In this document: positions 35,800 through 46,435 of the stretch, in pieces
How positions within the stretch are numbered: the first letter of the stretch is position 1
Layout: every line of letters begins with the position of its first letter
Assembly: GCA_045540295.1 (NCBI GenBank)
Contig: JAZQGY010000029.1
Coordinates: forward strand, 22,401-86,400
Length of the DNA stretch: 64,000 bases
Direction: 5' to 3'
Source of the DNA: Clostridia bacterium
GTDB taxonomy: Bacteria > Bacillota > Clostridia > UMGS1840
The notes under the pieces: model-generated
What the model saw: the letters and a program-made list of their open reading frames with translations, nothing else
What the model was told of the DNA's origin: nothing
Databases searched by the model: none
Made by a program: the position numbers and the translations under genes

Positions 35800-37227
35800 C
35801 TATTGATTCAGCAAATTTTCATAAGTTTCTTTGTAAATTTTAGCAGAATTTTCCCAGCTGAAGTCGGTTTGCATTGCGTTTTTACGGAGTGCTCTCCAGT
35901 GGGTTTTATCGTGATATAAGGAGAGGGCTCTCATAATGGCATCATACATATCCCAGGCATTGTAGGATTGGAAGGTGATTCCGTTTCCTTCTTTGGTTTC
36001 GGGATTGTAGGGAGTCACACTATCTTTCAAACCGCCCACGGTATGCACAATCGGAATGGTGCCGTAGCGCATAGAAATCATCTGTGCCAGTCCGCAGGGT
36101 TCTGCGTGGGAGGGCATTAAGAACAAATCTGCTGCCGAGTAAATTTTGGATGCCAATTCTCCTGAGAATTTGATAATACCGCGTACTTTTTCGTGGCACA
36201 CCATTTCCCAGTCTCTAAAGCACTGTTCATATTCGGGATAGCCTGTTCCCAAAACAACCAGCTGAATGTCATGCTTGGTCAGTTCACCCATTACTTCACG
36301 GACTAAGTCCAGCCCTTTCTGAGGTGTTAAACGGGTTACCATACCAATTAAGGGTTTCTTTGCATCCACTTGTAAACCTAATTCTTTTTGCAAAGCGGTT
36401 TTATTTAAGGATTTCATGCGGATGGAAGAATAATCGTAATGATAGGGAAGCGCCGGGTCAGTTTTGGGGTTGAACACCTCGGTATCAATTCCGTTAATAA
36501 TTCCTTTTAATTTATACTGACGGGGAATTAAGATGTTATGCAGTTTGTGAGAGAAGTAGGGATCTAAAATTTCTTTGGCATAGGTTTCGGACACAGTGGT
36601 CACTAAGTTTGTCGATTCAATCCCTGCTTTTAACACATTCAGGCAACCGTCATACATCATAATTTCACGGTGAGACACATCCAGACCAAACACATTTCCC
36701 ATAATCAGCGGATCATACTGTCCCTGAAATTCAATGTTGTGAATAGAAAGAACGGTTTTTATGAACATATATTCGGGGATGTTTCTGTAAAATGCATTCA
36801 GATACAGCGGTACCATTGCAGTATGCCAATCGTTGGCATTAATCACGTCAGGATAGAACTCTACGTGAGGCAAAGCCTCTAAAACAGCCTTGGAGAAATA
36901 TGCAAACCGTTCCGCATCGTCAAATTCACCGTATACGCTGTCTCGTTTGAAGAACTGTTCGTTATCGATTAAATAGTAGGTCACTTTGCCGATTTTTGCT
37001 TGAAAAATACCGCAATAGCACATTCTCCAACCTAACGGAATTCCGATTTCGGTCACAAATTCCATTTTGTCCCGCAGTTCCTTTTTAATCTGAGAGTAGA
37101 GAGGCAAAATAACTCTGGCATCTACTCCAAGCTCGCAAAGAGCTTTGGGCAGACCGCCCATAACGTCTCCTAAACCGCCAACTTTAATAAAAGGCGTGGC
37201 TTCTGCTGCTGCAAATAAAATTTTCAT
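35800..37227 (-). CDS. glgA: glycogen synthase (ADP-glucose type)
   Basis: MKILFAAAEATPFIKVGGLGDV N-terminus. 475 aa. Confidence 0.95.
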   Translation of the reverse strand: MKILFAAAEATPFIKVGGLGDVMGGLPKALCELGVDARVILPLYSQIKKELRDKMEFVTEIGIPLGWRMCYCGIFQAKIGKVTYYLIDNEQFFKRDSVYGEFDDAERFAYFSKAVLEALPHVEFYPDVINANDWHTAMVPLYLNAFYRNIPEYMFIKTVLSIHNIEFQGQYDPLIMGNVFGLDVSHREIMMYDGCLNVLKAGIESTNLVTTVSETYAKEILDPYFSHKLHNILIPRQYKLKGIINGIDTEVFNPKTDPALPYHYDYSSIRMKSLNKTALQKELGLQVDAKKPLIGMVTRLTPQKGLDLVREVMGELTKHDIQLVVLGTGYPEYEQCFRDWEMVCHEKVRGIIKFSGELASKIYSAADLFLMPSHAEPCGLAQMISMRYGTIPIVHTVGGLKDSVTPYNPETKEGNGITFQSYNAWDMYDAIMRALSLYHDKTHWRALRKNAMQTDFSWENSAKIYKETYENLLNQ

Positions 37228-37251
37228 AAGTGTTTGCTACCTTTCGGGAAA

Positions 37252-38361
37252 TTAGATTTTGGTATTTTTGGAAATGATGAAGGGGAAGGACTCGGAGCCT
37301 GTTAAAACCACACCTTCATTTAAAGTCATATTCTTGTCTGCAATTACATTGGTAATCTGACAGTTTTCTGCAATTTCAGCATCCTGCATAATGATAGAGT
37401 TTTTCACGACTGCACCTTTTTTAATATGCACTCCACGGAAAATTACGCAGTTTTCCACGACACCGTCAATTTTACAACCGTCTGCAATCAGACTGTTTTT
37501 CACCTTGGAGTGAGAGCCGTACATCGTAGGTACACTATCTTTGATTTTGGTTAACACATTGGTGCCGGACTGGAAAATTTCACGGCGGATTTCAGGATTT
37601 AATAAATCCATATTTGCCTGATAGTAATCATTGATATTACGCAGCACTTTGCAGTAGCCTTTTTGTTCCATGGCAAAAATACGGTAGGTGGAATAATGCT
37701 TGGTGATGAAATCACGGTTGAATTCTTCCCAGCCGTAGGTGATGCCGGTATCAATTAAGTTTAAGAGGAAGCTCTTTTTCATCACATATACTTTTAACAC
37801 AAAATTGTCCTGCTCGCCATTGGCAATGCCGTGATACAAGGAGCCGGTTACCAGACCGTTTTCGTTCACGGTAATGCTGGTGCTTCCTTCGTAAACATCA
37901 CGTTTTTTGTATAGACAAACCACATCTGCATTGGTGTCTTTATGAAATTGTACCATTGCTTTGAAATCAATGTTGCAAATGATGTTGGTATCCGCTAAAA
38001 TTGCATAATCGGGCAGATTATGGCGGATATAGGTTTTGACGCTGTTTAGGGCTTCAAATTTGTTTTTGGAGGAGCCGTTTCCCATATTGTTGGCAAAGGG
38101 AGTCAGAATTTTTAAGCCGCCGTTTTTACGGTCCAAATCCCAATCCTTGCCGCTACCCAGATGGTCCACCAAGGAGCTGTAGTTATTACGGGTGATTACT
38201 CCTACGTTGGGAACATGAGCTTTTACCAGAGAGGAGAGCACAAAATCCACCAAACGGTATCTTCCGCCAAAGGGAACAGATGCTAAGTTGCGGTTTTTGG
38301 TCAGCTCGCCGATTCTGTCATAATGAAAGGTATCTGAAAATAATATGCTAAAAGCATTCAT
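37252..38361 (-). CDS. glgD: glucose-1-phosphate adenylyltransferase, GlgD subunit
   Basis: Nucleotidyltransferase plus left-handed beta-helix fold that lacks the GlgC GGxGxRL motif. Positioned between glgC and glgA. Confidence 0.85.
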   Translation of the reverse strand: MNAFSILFSDTFHYDRIGELTKNRNLASVPFGGRYRLVDFVLSSLVKAHVPNVGVITRNNYSSLVDHLGSGKDWDLDRKNGGLKILTPFANNMGNGSSKNKFEALNSVKTYIRHNLPDYAILADTNIICNIDFKAMVQFHKDTNADVVCLYKKRDVYEGSTSITVNENGLVTGSLYHGIANGEQDNFVLKVYVMKKSFLLNLIDTGITYGWEEFNRDFITKHYSTYRIFAMEQKGYCKVLRNINDYYQANMDLLNPEIRREIFQSGTNVLTKIKDSVPTMYGSHSKVKNSLIADGCKIDGVVENCVIFRGVHIKKGAVVKNSIIMQDAEIAENCQITNVIADKNMTLNEGVVLTGSESFPFIISKNTKI

Positions 38362-38401
38362 AATGTATTATCCTTCTTTCTTGTGTGTTTCTATGTTCAA
38401 T

Positions 38402-39589
38402 CTACACGATTTGTTTGGGTAGGACAACCTGACCGGATTTAATTACCGCACCCTGACCGATTACTGCGATGCCCCATTCGCCTTCCTTGCAGTCTCTGGG
38501 GTCGGCACCGATGATGGCACCGTCTTCGATGACTGCATCGTCTGCAATGATTGCATACTGAATTTTGGCGTTTTTACCAATTTTTACATTTGGCATAATG
38601 ACTGAGTATTCCAAGTCGGTACCTTCGCCTACTGTGGTGTTGGCGAAAATCACACTCTGAGACACATTGCCGTAGATTTCGCAAGCAGAAGAAATAATAG
38701 AGTCTGCCACAGTTGCTTTTTCATCAATATAATGAGGAGTGGTAGCATTGTGACGGCTGTAAATTCTCCATAAGGGATCGCTTAGGTTTAAGGGAAGCTT
38801 GGGATTTAACAAGTCCATATTTGCTTCCCACAGAGAATCAATGGTTCCCACGTCTTTCCAATAGCCTTCAAAAGGATATGCAAACAGTTTGCACTTGTCG
38901 TTTAGCATTGCGGGAATGACGTCTTTACCGAAGTCATTGGAGGATGCCGGATTTTCTTCGTCTTTTATCAGGTATTCCTTCAATTTTTTATAATTGAAAA
39001 TATAAATCCCCATGGAAGCATTGGTGGATTTCGGTTTTGCCGGTTTTTCTTCAAATTCGTATACCGATAAATCAGGATTGGTATTTAAAATACCGAATCG
39101 GGTGGCTTCCTCCATGGTTACATTTAATACTGCGATGGTAAGATCAGCTTCTTTTTCCTTATGGAACTGAAGCATTCTTGCATAGTCCATTTTGTAGATG
39201 TGGTCACCGGATAAAATGAGCACATATTCCGGGTCGAACTGATCCATGAAATGCAAATTCTGATAAATGGCATTTGCGGTTCCTTTATACCATTCTCCGG
39301 TTGCTCCCGCCAGATAAGGGGGCAAAATATGCACACCGCCATACATTCTGTCTAAATCCCAGGGTTGCCCGTTTCCGATGTAGGTGTTTAATTCCAGGGG
39401 TTGATACTGGGTTAATACCCCCACGGTATCCACACCGGAGTTCACACAGTTGGAGATGGGAAAGTCAATGATTTTATATTTTCCTCCGAAAGGAACTGCC
39501 GGTTTTGCGCGTTCTTTTGTCAGAACATACAAACGGTTGCCGGCACCGCCTGCAAGTAACATTGCGACCATTTCTTTTTTTGCAATCAT
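38402..39589 (-). CDS. glgC: glucose-1-phosphate adenylyltransferase
   Basis: [10 protein letters not shown] motif. Start MIAKKEM has AAGGA 9 nt upstream; the longer ORF start at 39622 lacks an RBS. Confidence 0.9.
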   Translation of the reverse strand: MIAKKEMVAMLLAGGAGNRLYVLTKERAKPAVPFGGKYKIIDFPISNCVNSGVDTVGVLTQYQPLELNTYIGNGQPWDLDRMYGGVHILPPYLAGATGEWYKGTANAIYQNLHFMDQFDPEYVLILSGDHIYKMDYARMLQFHKEKEADLTIAVLNVTMEEATRFGILNTNPDLSVYEFEEKPAKPKSTNASMGIYIFNYKKLKEYLIKDEENPASSNDFGKDVIPAMLNDKCKLFAYPFEGYWKDVGTIDSLWEANMDLLNPKLPLNLSDPLWRIYSRHNATTPHYIDEKATVADSIISSACEIYGNVSQSVIFANTTVGEGTDLEYSVIMPNVKIGKNAKIQYAIIADDAVIEDGAIIGADPRDCKEGEWGIAVIGQGAVIKSGQVVLPKQIV

Positions 39590-39698
39590 AAGAATTATCC
39601 TTTCTTCTTTGGTCTGTTGCATTATATTGCCAAATTTAAATTACATATGTTTCGGAAGCCGAATTGCCTCCCTGATAGTTATGCACCAACATTTTCTT

Positions 39699-41588
39699 TT
39701 ATGATTTTTTGGTGCGTTTTGGTGTTGCTTTTTTATAAAAGCAGAGTGCTGAGAATGGGGGAATGGTCAATTCAATATGCTGTTTCTGACCGTGCATTCC
39801 GCCCGATTTTGCCGTGAGTTTCTGAGGAGGTGTTCCGCTACCGCCAAATTCTTCCCGGTCTGTGGAGAATACTTCCAAATAGTTTCCTCGGTTCGGCACT
39901 CCTAATTTATAATTTTCGTAACGGTTGGAGGAAAAGTTAAAGACACTTAGTAGCTTGTTGCCTTTTTGATCAATCCGCCAAAAGGCATACACATTATTAT
40001 AGCAGTCATCTGCACTTGCCCAGTGGAAGCCTTCCCAGCTGTCATCCTTTTCCCAAAGGGTAGGTTCGTTTTTATAAAAATGATTTAAAGCTTTCACAAA
40101 CTCGTGATGTTTCTGATGTTCGGGATATTGAAGCAATTCCCAGGAAAGCTCTGCGCTTTCGTTCCATTCGCCATGTTGCGCAATATCTGCCCCCATAAAA
40201 GTCAGTTTTTTGCCCGGATGGGTGAACATATAGGTCAGATAGGTTCGCAGGTTGGCAAATTTATCGTGCAAATAACCCGGCATTTTATTTAAGAGAGAAC
40301 ATTTTTCGTGAACCACTTCGTCGTGAGATAAGGGAAGAACAAAGTTTTCCGAAAATGCATAGGTTAGAGAAAAGGTCATATTGTTGTGAACCCCTTTTCT
40401 GAAGAAAGGGTCAGTTGCCATATAGCGAAGAGAATCATTCATCCAGCCCATATTCCATTTGTAATTGAAACCAAGGCCTCCATCCTCAACGGGATAGGTA
40501 ATCATGGGCCAGGCAGTGGATTCTTCAGCAATCATCATAATACCCGGAAAATCGGAAAATACACGGGTGTTTAATTTTTTGAAGAACTCCACGGCTTCTA
40601 AGTTGCCGTTGCCGCCGTATTTATTTTGCTCCCATTCGCCATCCTGTTTGCCGTAGTCTAAATACAGCATAGAGGCTACCGCATCCACTCTGAGACCGTC
40701 GATATGGTATTTATCTAACCAGAAGCATGCATTGGAAATCAGAAAGGAAATTACTTCGTTTTTTCCGTAGTCAAAAATGCGGGTACCCCAATCTTTATGT
40801 TCGCGTTTATACGGGCTTTCGTATTCATAGCAGAAGCTACCGTCAAATTCATATAAGCCTTGGGCATCTTTTGGGAAGTGCGCAGGCACCCAGTCTAAAA
40901 TCACACCCAAACCGTTTTGATGACATTGGTCAATAAAGTGCATAAATTCACAAGGTTCACCGTAGCGGGAGGTGGGGGCGTAATAACCGGTTACCTGATA
41001 GCCCCAAGATTTATCGTAGGGGTATTCGCTCATAGGCATCAGCTCGATGTGAGTATATCCCATTTCCTTGGCGTAGGGGATCAATTCTTCTGCCATTTTT
41101 TCGTAAGAGAAGTTGTTGCCGTCCGCATAGCGTTTCCAGGAGCCAAAATGTACTTCATAAATATTCATCGGCTTTTGATAGGGGGCCTGTCGGTTCGCCA
41201 CCCATTTTTTATCGTGCCAGCGGTATTTGGTTAAATCATACACTTTAGAGGCATCGCCGGGACGGGTTTCGGTATGATATCCGTAAGGGTCGGCTTTTAA
41301 CACTGTTTCGCCCGATTGGGTAATGATTACGAATTTATAGGAGTCAAATTCACTCACATTGTCAATGATACATTCATATAAGCCGCCATCGGTAATTTTA
41401 TTCGCCTGATGTGCGGTATAATTCCAATCACAAAAAGAACCTGTCACATAGACCGCCTTTGCCTTGGGTGCCCAGGTGCGGAAGGCACATTTTTTGCCTT
41501 CAAGATGTGCTCCCAAAAAATCGTAGGCACGACTGTTGGTCCCTTGGTGAAACAGGTATTTTGCCATTTGATTGGTGGATTGATGCAT
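39699..41588 (-). CDS. glgB: 1,4-alpha-glucan branching enzyme
   Basis: GH13 regions (DWVPAHF, GLRVDAV, EESTAWP) with CBM48-like N-terminus. Start MHQSTNQ is preceded by GGGAGG. Confidence 0.9.
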   Translation of the reverse strand: MHQSTNQMAKYLFHQGTNSRAYDFLGAHLEGKKCAFRTWAPKAKAVYVTGSFCDWNYTAHQANKITDGGLYECIIDNVSEFDSYKFVIITQSGETVLKADPYGYHTETRPGDASKVYDLTKYRWHDKKWVANRQAPYQKPMNIYEVHFGSWKRYADGNNFSYEKMAEELIPYAKEMGYTHIELMPMSEYPYDKSWGYQVTGYYAPTSRYGEPCEFMHFIDQCHQNGLGVILDWVPAHFPKDAQGLYEFDGSFCYEYESPYKREHKDWGTRIFDYGKNEVISFLISNACFWLDKYHIDGLRVDAVASMLYLDYGKQDGEWEQNKYGGNGNLEAVEFFKKLNTRVFSDFPGIMMIAEESTAWPMITYPVEDGGLGFNYKWNMGWMNDSLRYMATDPFFRKGVHNNMTFSLTYAFSENFVLPLSHDEVVHEKCSLLNKMPGYLHDKFANLRTYLTYMFTHPGKKLTFMGADIAQHGEWNESAELSWELLQYPEHQKHHEFVKALNHFYKNEPTLWEKDDSWEGFHWASADDCYNNVYAFWRIDQKGNKLLSVFNFSSNRYENYKLGVPNRGNYLEVFSTDREEFGGSGTPPQKLTAKSGGMHGQKQHIELTIPPFSALCFYKKATPKRTKKS

Positions 41589-41877
41589 GATGTAGCCTCC
41601 CGATAGTTGCTCTGTAAACCACGACAAAACCGGCGGTTTTGTCCCGCCGTTACTTTGTTTTTTACTTCTGTTTTTCATGTGAGAATAAAAACAAATGTTG
41701 TCGAATCGTATATCTTTGGTATATTATAACATAAAACAAATAAAAAATAAAGTGTTTTTTGTAAATTTTATCTAAAAAATAAAAGTCTGTGTTAATTTAC
41801 AAATTTTGGAATGACTAATTGGTGAATATTCATAAAAAAGTATGGCAATAGCATCAAAATACTTGTTGTTCTGTCAG

Positions 41878-41906
41878 TTGACAAAATATGAAAAAAAGGG
41901 TATAAT
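41878..41906 (+). promoter_or_regulatory. sigma-A promoter of the GH13-glgP unit
   Basis: TTGACA (41878-41883), 17-nt spacer, TATAAT (41901-41906). Confidence 0.7.
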
Positions 41907-41944
41907 ATATTGGGTATTTTGTACCTTATATTTTTAAGGAGAAC

Positions 41945-43786
41945 GTGCATTTGAACATTTACTTTAACTCCCGCGATATTCTCTGTAAAAATCCTTTCGG
42001 TGCCGTACGGCAAAACCGTGAGGTTTTCTTTTGTGTTTACATTTATAACGATATTTATGTGGAAAAAGTTTCTCTGGTAACCAATACCGGCATTACCTAC
42101 GATTTTTATTATGCCGGATGTCATGATAATTCCAGTCGGTACGAATTGAAAACATCTTTTCCAAATGCGGAGGTTTTCTTCTATGAATTTCGTATCCAAA
42201 CCGAGCAAGGCATATTTGTAGGCAGAAACCATAACGGAAAACTGGTGCTGGATGAAAATTATCCCATGTTTCAGCAAACAGTCTACAAAGAAGATTTTAC
42301 CACGCCGGACTGGGCAAAAGGGAAAATTATGTACCAGATTTTTCCGGACCGCTTTAAAAGAAGTGATAAAGTCAAGCTTCCCACTACCAAGAACGAGCGG
42401 ATTCTTCACGATAACTGGAATGATACACCCATTTTTTTGCCACAGCAGAATCCCTACCTTGCCAATGATTTTTTTGGCGGAAATTTAAAAGGGATCACCG
42501 AGCAGCTGGATTATCTTTGTGAGCTTGGGGTTGGAATTATTTATCTGAATCCCGTGTTTGAAAGCGGAGAAAACCACCGTTACAGTACGGCAGACTATAA
42601 AAAAATCGATCCCTATTTGGGAACGGAAAAAGACTTCAAAGATTTTACAAAAGCTTGTAAAAAACGTGGAATCCGTGTCATTTTGGACGGTGTGTTCAGT
42701 CATACGGGTGCCGATAGCGTATACTTTAATAAATACGGACACTACGATTCCTTAGGAGCATATCAGAGTACGGATTCACCCTATTATCCCTGGTATTCGT
42801 TTGGCAAATTCCCTGATACTTACGAAAGCTGGTGGGGATTTATCAATCTTCCCAATGTTCGTGAAGATAATGAATGCTATCTTGATTTTATCACGAATCC
42901 CGAAAGCGGTGTGTTAAAATACTGGAGTGACCGTGGAGTAGACGGATGGCGATTGGATGTGGCAGATGAACTGCCCGATGTATTTATCGACCGTCTTCGT
43001 AAAACGGTAAAACAAATCAATCCTGACGGGTTTGTGATTGGCGAAGTGTGGGAGGACGCTTCCAACAAGGAAAGCTACGGAGTGAAACGCCGTTACCTGT
43101 TGGGGGATCAGTTGGACAGTGTGATGAACTATCCTTTTCGCACTGCAATTTTAGAGTATGTAAAGCATCACGATGCAGATCTTTTTATTAATACGGTGAT
43201 GCCGATTTTAGAAAACTATCCTCAGGATGTTCTGTCGGTTTTGATGAATTCTCTCGGTACTCACGATACCCGCCGGATTATTACCGAGCTTGGCGTATCG
43301 GAGGAAGTACCGTTAGAAGAGCAGGGCAGCTACCGTATGAGCGATGAAGCTTACCACAGGGCAAAGGAGCTTTTGAAACTTGCCACGGTTCTGCAGTTTA
43401 CTTTGCCGGGGATTCCTTGCATTTATTACGGGGATGAAGCAGGTCTTCAGGGCTTTGCCGATCCGTATTGCAGACGGACTTATCCTTATGGAGAAGAAGA
43501 TTTGGAACTTTTAGAATTCTATAAAAGAATTACTAAATTCCATAGCGATTATGAAGAAGACATGAAAACTCCATTGACCGAACTTTCTTATACGGATGGA
43601 ATTCTGCATTTTAAACGGGGAAATCTTACCGTATTTGTAAACGGCGGTGACGAAACAGCTTTCTGGAAAGAAAGCATACCGGGAGAAGCGGTACTTTCCC
43701 AGAAAAATGTATTATATAATGAATATGGCATCTTGATGCCCCCCAAATCTTACGTGATTATGAACAGTCTTAAGGAGGACAAATAG
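41945..43786 (+). CDS. GH13 alpha-glycosidase (neopullulanase / cyclomaltodextrinase-like)
   Basis: GH13 conserved regions VILDGVFSHTG, GWRLDVADEL, GEVWED, LGTHDT. The start may be the TTG at 41951, which has better RBS spacing. Confidence 0.82.
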   Translation: MHLNIYFNSRDILCKNPFGAVRQNREVFFCVYIYNDIYVEKVSLVTNTGITYDFYYAGCHDNSSRYELKTSFPNAEVFFYEFRIQTEQGIFVGRNHNGKLVLDENYPMFQQTVYKEDFTTPDWAKGKIMYQIFPDRFKRSDKVKLPTTKNERILHDNWNDTPIFLPQQNPYLANDFFGGNLKGITEQLDYLCELGVGIIYLNPVFESGENHRYSTADYKKIDPYLGTEKDFKDFTKACKKRGIRVILDGVFSHTGADSVYFNKYGHYDSLGAYQSTDSPYYPWYSFGKFPDTYESWWGFINLPNVREDNECYLDFITNPESGVLKYWSDRGVDGWRLDVADELPDVFIDRLRKTVKQINPDGFVIGEVWEDASNKESYGVKRRYLLGDQLDSVMNYPFRTAILEYVKHHDADLFINTVMPILENYPQDVLSVLMNSLGTHDTRRIITELGVSEEVPLEEQGSYRMSDEAYHRAKELLKLATVLQFTLPGIPCIYYGDEAGLQGFADPYCRRTYPYGEEDLELLEFYKRITKFHSDYEEDMKTPLTELSYTDGILHFKRGNLTVFVNGGDETAFWKESIPGEAVLSQKNVLYNEYGILMPPKSYVIMNSLKEDK

Positions 43787-43788
43787 AT

Positions 43789-46371
43789 ATGAACACCAAA
43801 AAAGAAGAAACCAAAGTTTCCAAAACAGTTACCAAAGAAACCACTAAAAAGGTAGCGAAAGAACCTGCGAAGAAAGCACCTGCGAAAAAGACTGCTGTAA
43901 AAGCAAGTGCAACCACTGTTGAAAAAACAAAAAAAATGACCAAAGAAGAATTGAAACAGGCGTTAATCAATAAATTGGAAGGTGTAAGAAACGTATCCGC
44001 GGAAGATGCAACCGAACGGGATATGTATTTTGCACTTGGTTCTTTGGTAAGAGAATTAATCGGGAAAGAATGGGTAAAAACTAAAAAACATTATAAAGAA
44101 AATAATGTAAAGCAGGTTTACTACTTCTCCCTGGAATTCTTGATGGGAAAAGCTCTGCGTAAGGATTTAAGACGGTTAAACATCCTGAAGGATATGACTG
44201 CCATTCTAAAAGAGTTAGGCTTTGATATTACCCGTGTCACTCACATTGAACCGGACGCAGGACTTGGAAACGGTGGTTTAGGAAGACTGGCTGCTTGTTT
44301 CTTGGATTCTCTGGCAGCCTGCGGTTATGCAGGCCATGGGAACGGTATCCGTTACAGACACGGTCTGTTCAAACAGAAAATCGTGGACGGTTATCAGGTG
44401 GAAGAGTCCGATAACTGGCTGAATACCGAAAATTTATACGAAGCACGCCGTTCCTCCAAATCCGTGGAAGTGAAATTCTACGGGGAAGTAGTTTGCGAAG
44501 ACAGAAACGGCAAAAATTATTATACACAGATTAACTATGATCCCGTTATGGCAGTTCCTTATGATACTCCCATGATTGGGTATGATAATAACATTGTAAA
44601 TACCTTGCGTCTTTGGAGCGCAGAACCCAAGGAAGATGAATTCGATTTTTCTAAATTCTCCCGCGGGGAATACTCCAGCGCCGTGGAATACCGTCAGTCC
44701 GTTCGTGCAATTTCTGACGTGCTTTATCCTGACGATTCCAACTATTCCAATAAATTACTTCGTTTAAAACAGCAGTATTTCTTTGTATCTGCAGGCTTGA
44801 CTTCAATTTTAAGAGACTATGTGGCATTGGGTAACGATATCTGGAAATTAGACCAGTATGTTGCCGTTCATATTAACGATACCCATCCTGCACTTTGTGT
44901 ACCCGAGCTGATGAGACTGCTGGTGGATGAATATGAAGTACCGTGGGATGATGCCTGGGGTATCACCACCAGAACCTTATCCTATACCAACCACACCATT
45001 ATGCCCGAAGCTCTGGAAAAATGGCCTATCCATATGTACCGTGAGCTTCTGCCCAGAATCTTTATGATTACCGAGGAAATCAACCGCCGTCTGTGCGAAG
45101 AACTCTATCAGATTTATCCCGGTGATACCGGTAAGGTTTCTTATATGGCAATTCTGCAGAATGACGTGGTGAATATGGCAAATATGGCAATCGCAGGCAG
45201 CCACAGTGTGAACGGTGTTGCAGCAGTTCATAGCCAGATTTTAAAAGATGAACTGTTCCATGATTACTATATGACCACACCTGAAAAATTCAATAACAAA
45301 ACCAACGGTATTACGCACAGAAGATGGTTGGTGGATTCAAACCCTGAGCTGACCGAATTAATCACCAAAAATATCGGTGCAGAGTTTATTAAAAAACCGC
45401 TTCAGCTTTCTAAAATTATTGAAAAAGATTTACACCACGATTCTGCATTCTTAGAAGAACTTGGCAAAATCAAATACCGTAACAAAATCAAACTGGCAAA
45501 CTTTATTAAGGATAAACAGAACTTCTTATTAAATCCCGATACCCTTTTTGATGTGCAGGTAAAACGTATCCATGCATACAAACGTCAGTTGTTAAAAGCA
45601 TTCCAGATTTTGGATATGTATTTTGACATTAAGGATAACCCCCAAAAAGACCGTCAGCCCATGACCTTCTTGTTTGGCGGAAAAGCGGCTCCCGGTTATG
45701 CTTATGCAAAACTGGTGATCAAGTTTATCAATTCCGTTGCAAACTTAGTGAATAACGATCCCGATACCAAGGATATTATTACCGTTCTGTTTTTGGAAAA
45801 CTACAATGTTTCCTTTGCACAGCACATTTTCCCGGCATCTGACTTATCCGAACAGATTTCCACTGCATCTAAAGAAGCCAGCGGTACCGGTAACATGAAA
45901 TTTATGTTAAACGGTGCGTTAACTATGGGTACCATGGACGGTGCAAATATTGAAATTGCAGAAGCAGTAGGAGATGAAAATATCTTCACCTTCGGTATGT
46001 CTGTTAGCGAAGTGCTTTGTCATTACAGAGACGGCGATTATCACAGCGTAAATATTTATGAATCCGATTACAAGCTCCGCCGTATTTTAGATACCTTAAA
46101 AGGGGACTTCTTCCGTGATGCACATCCCGGTGAGTTTATGCCCATTTTTGATTCCCTGATTCGGGATAACGATGAATATTTTGTATTGGCAGATTTTGCA
46201 TCTTACAAAGAAACCATGGAACGCGCTATGAATCTGTATCGCACCAATCCGCAGAAATGGTTGTCTATGTCTGCGTACAATATCGCAATGGCAGGCAGAT
46301 TTTCTTCTGACGAAACCATCCGCAACTATGCAAAAGAAATCTGGTTCTTAAAGGAAAACAAAATAAAATAA
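43789..46371 (+). CDS. glgP: glycogen/maltodextrin phosphorylase with Lys-rich N-terminal extension
   Basis: GT35 motifs including EASGTGNMKFMLNG (PLP lysine). AAGGAGG RBS. The first 55 or so aa are K/T/A-rich. Confidence 0.9.
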   Translation: MNTKKEETKVSKTVTKETTKKVAKEPAKKAPAKKTAVKASATTVEKTKKMTKEELKQALINKLEGVRNVSAEDATERDMYFALGSLVRELIGKEWVKTKKHYKENNVKQVYYFSLEFLMGKALRKDLRRLNILKDMTAILKELGFDITRVTHIEPDAGLGNGGLGRLAACFLDSLAACGYAGHGNGIRYRHGLFKQKIVDGYQVEESDNWLNTENLYEARRSSKSVEVKFYGEVVCEDRNGKNYYTQINYDPVMAVPYDTPMIGYDNNIVNTLRLWSAEPKEDEFDFSKFSRGEYSSAVEYRQSVRAISDVLYPDDSNYSNKLLRLKQQYFFVSAGLTSILRDYVALGNDIWKLDQYVAVHINDTHPALCVPELMRLLVDEYEVPWDDAWGITTRTLSYTNHTIMPEALEKWPIHMYRELLPRIFMITEEINRRLCEELYQIYPGDTGKVSYMAILQNDVVNMANMAIAGSHSVNGVAAVHSQILKDELFHDYYMTTPEKFNNKTNGITHRRWLVDSNPELTELITKNIGAEFIKKPLQLSKIIEKDLHHDSAFLEELGKIKYRNKIKLANFIKDKQNFLLNPDTLFDVQVKRIHAYKRQLLKAFQILDMYFDIKDNPQKDRQPMTFLFGGKAAPGYAYAKLVIKFINSVANLVNNDPDTKDIITVLFLENYNVSFAQHIFPASDLSEQISTASKEASGTGNMKFMLNGALTMGTMDGANIEIAEAVGDENIFTFGMSVSEVLCHYRDGDYHSVNIYESDYKLRRILDTLKGDFFRDAHPGEFMPIFDSLIRDNDEYFVLADFASYKETMERAMNLYRTNPQKWLSMSAYNIAMAGRFSSDETIRNYAKEIWFLKENKIK

Positions 46372-46394
46372 AATAAAATAAATTCTTTTTTGCT

Positions 46395-46430
46395 AAAAAA
46401 ATAACCGCACTTTTGTGCGGTTATTTTTAT
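46395..46430. terminator. bidirectional intrinsic terminator
   Basis: AAAAAAATAACCGCAC-tttt-GTGCGGTTATTTTTAT. Confidence 0.85.
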
Positions 46431-46435
46431 GTTCT

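Noticed and set aside
41792-42409. 205-aa minus-strand ORF across the GH13 promoter and 5' end
   Set aside because: It runs antisense through a consensus promoter and the start of a strongly supported GH13 gene. It has low-complexity F/I/N/K-rich composition.
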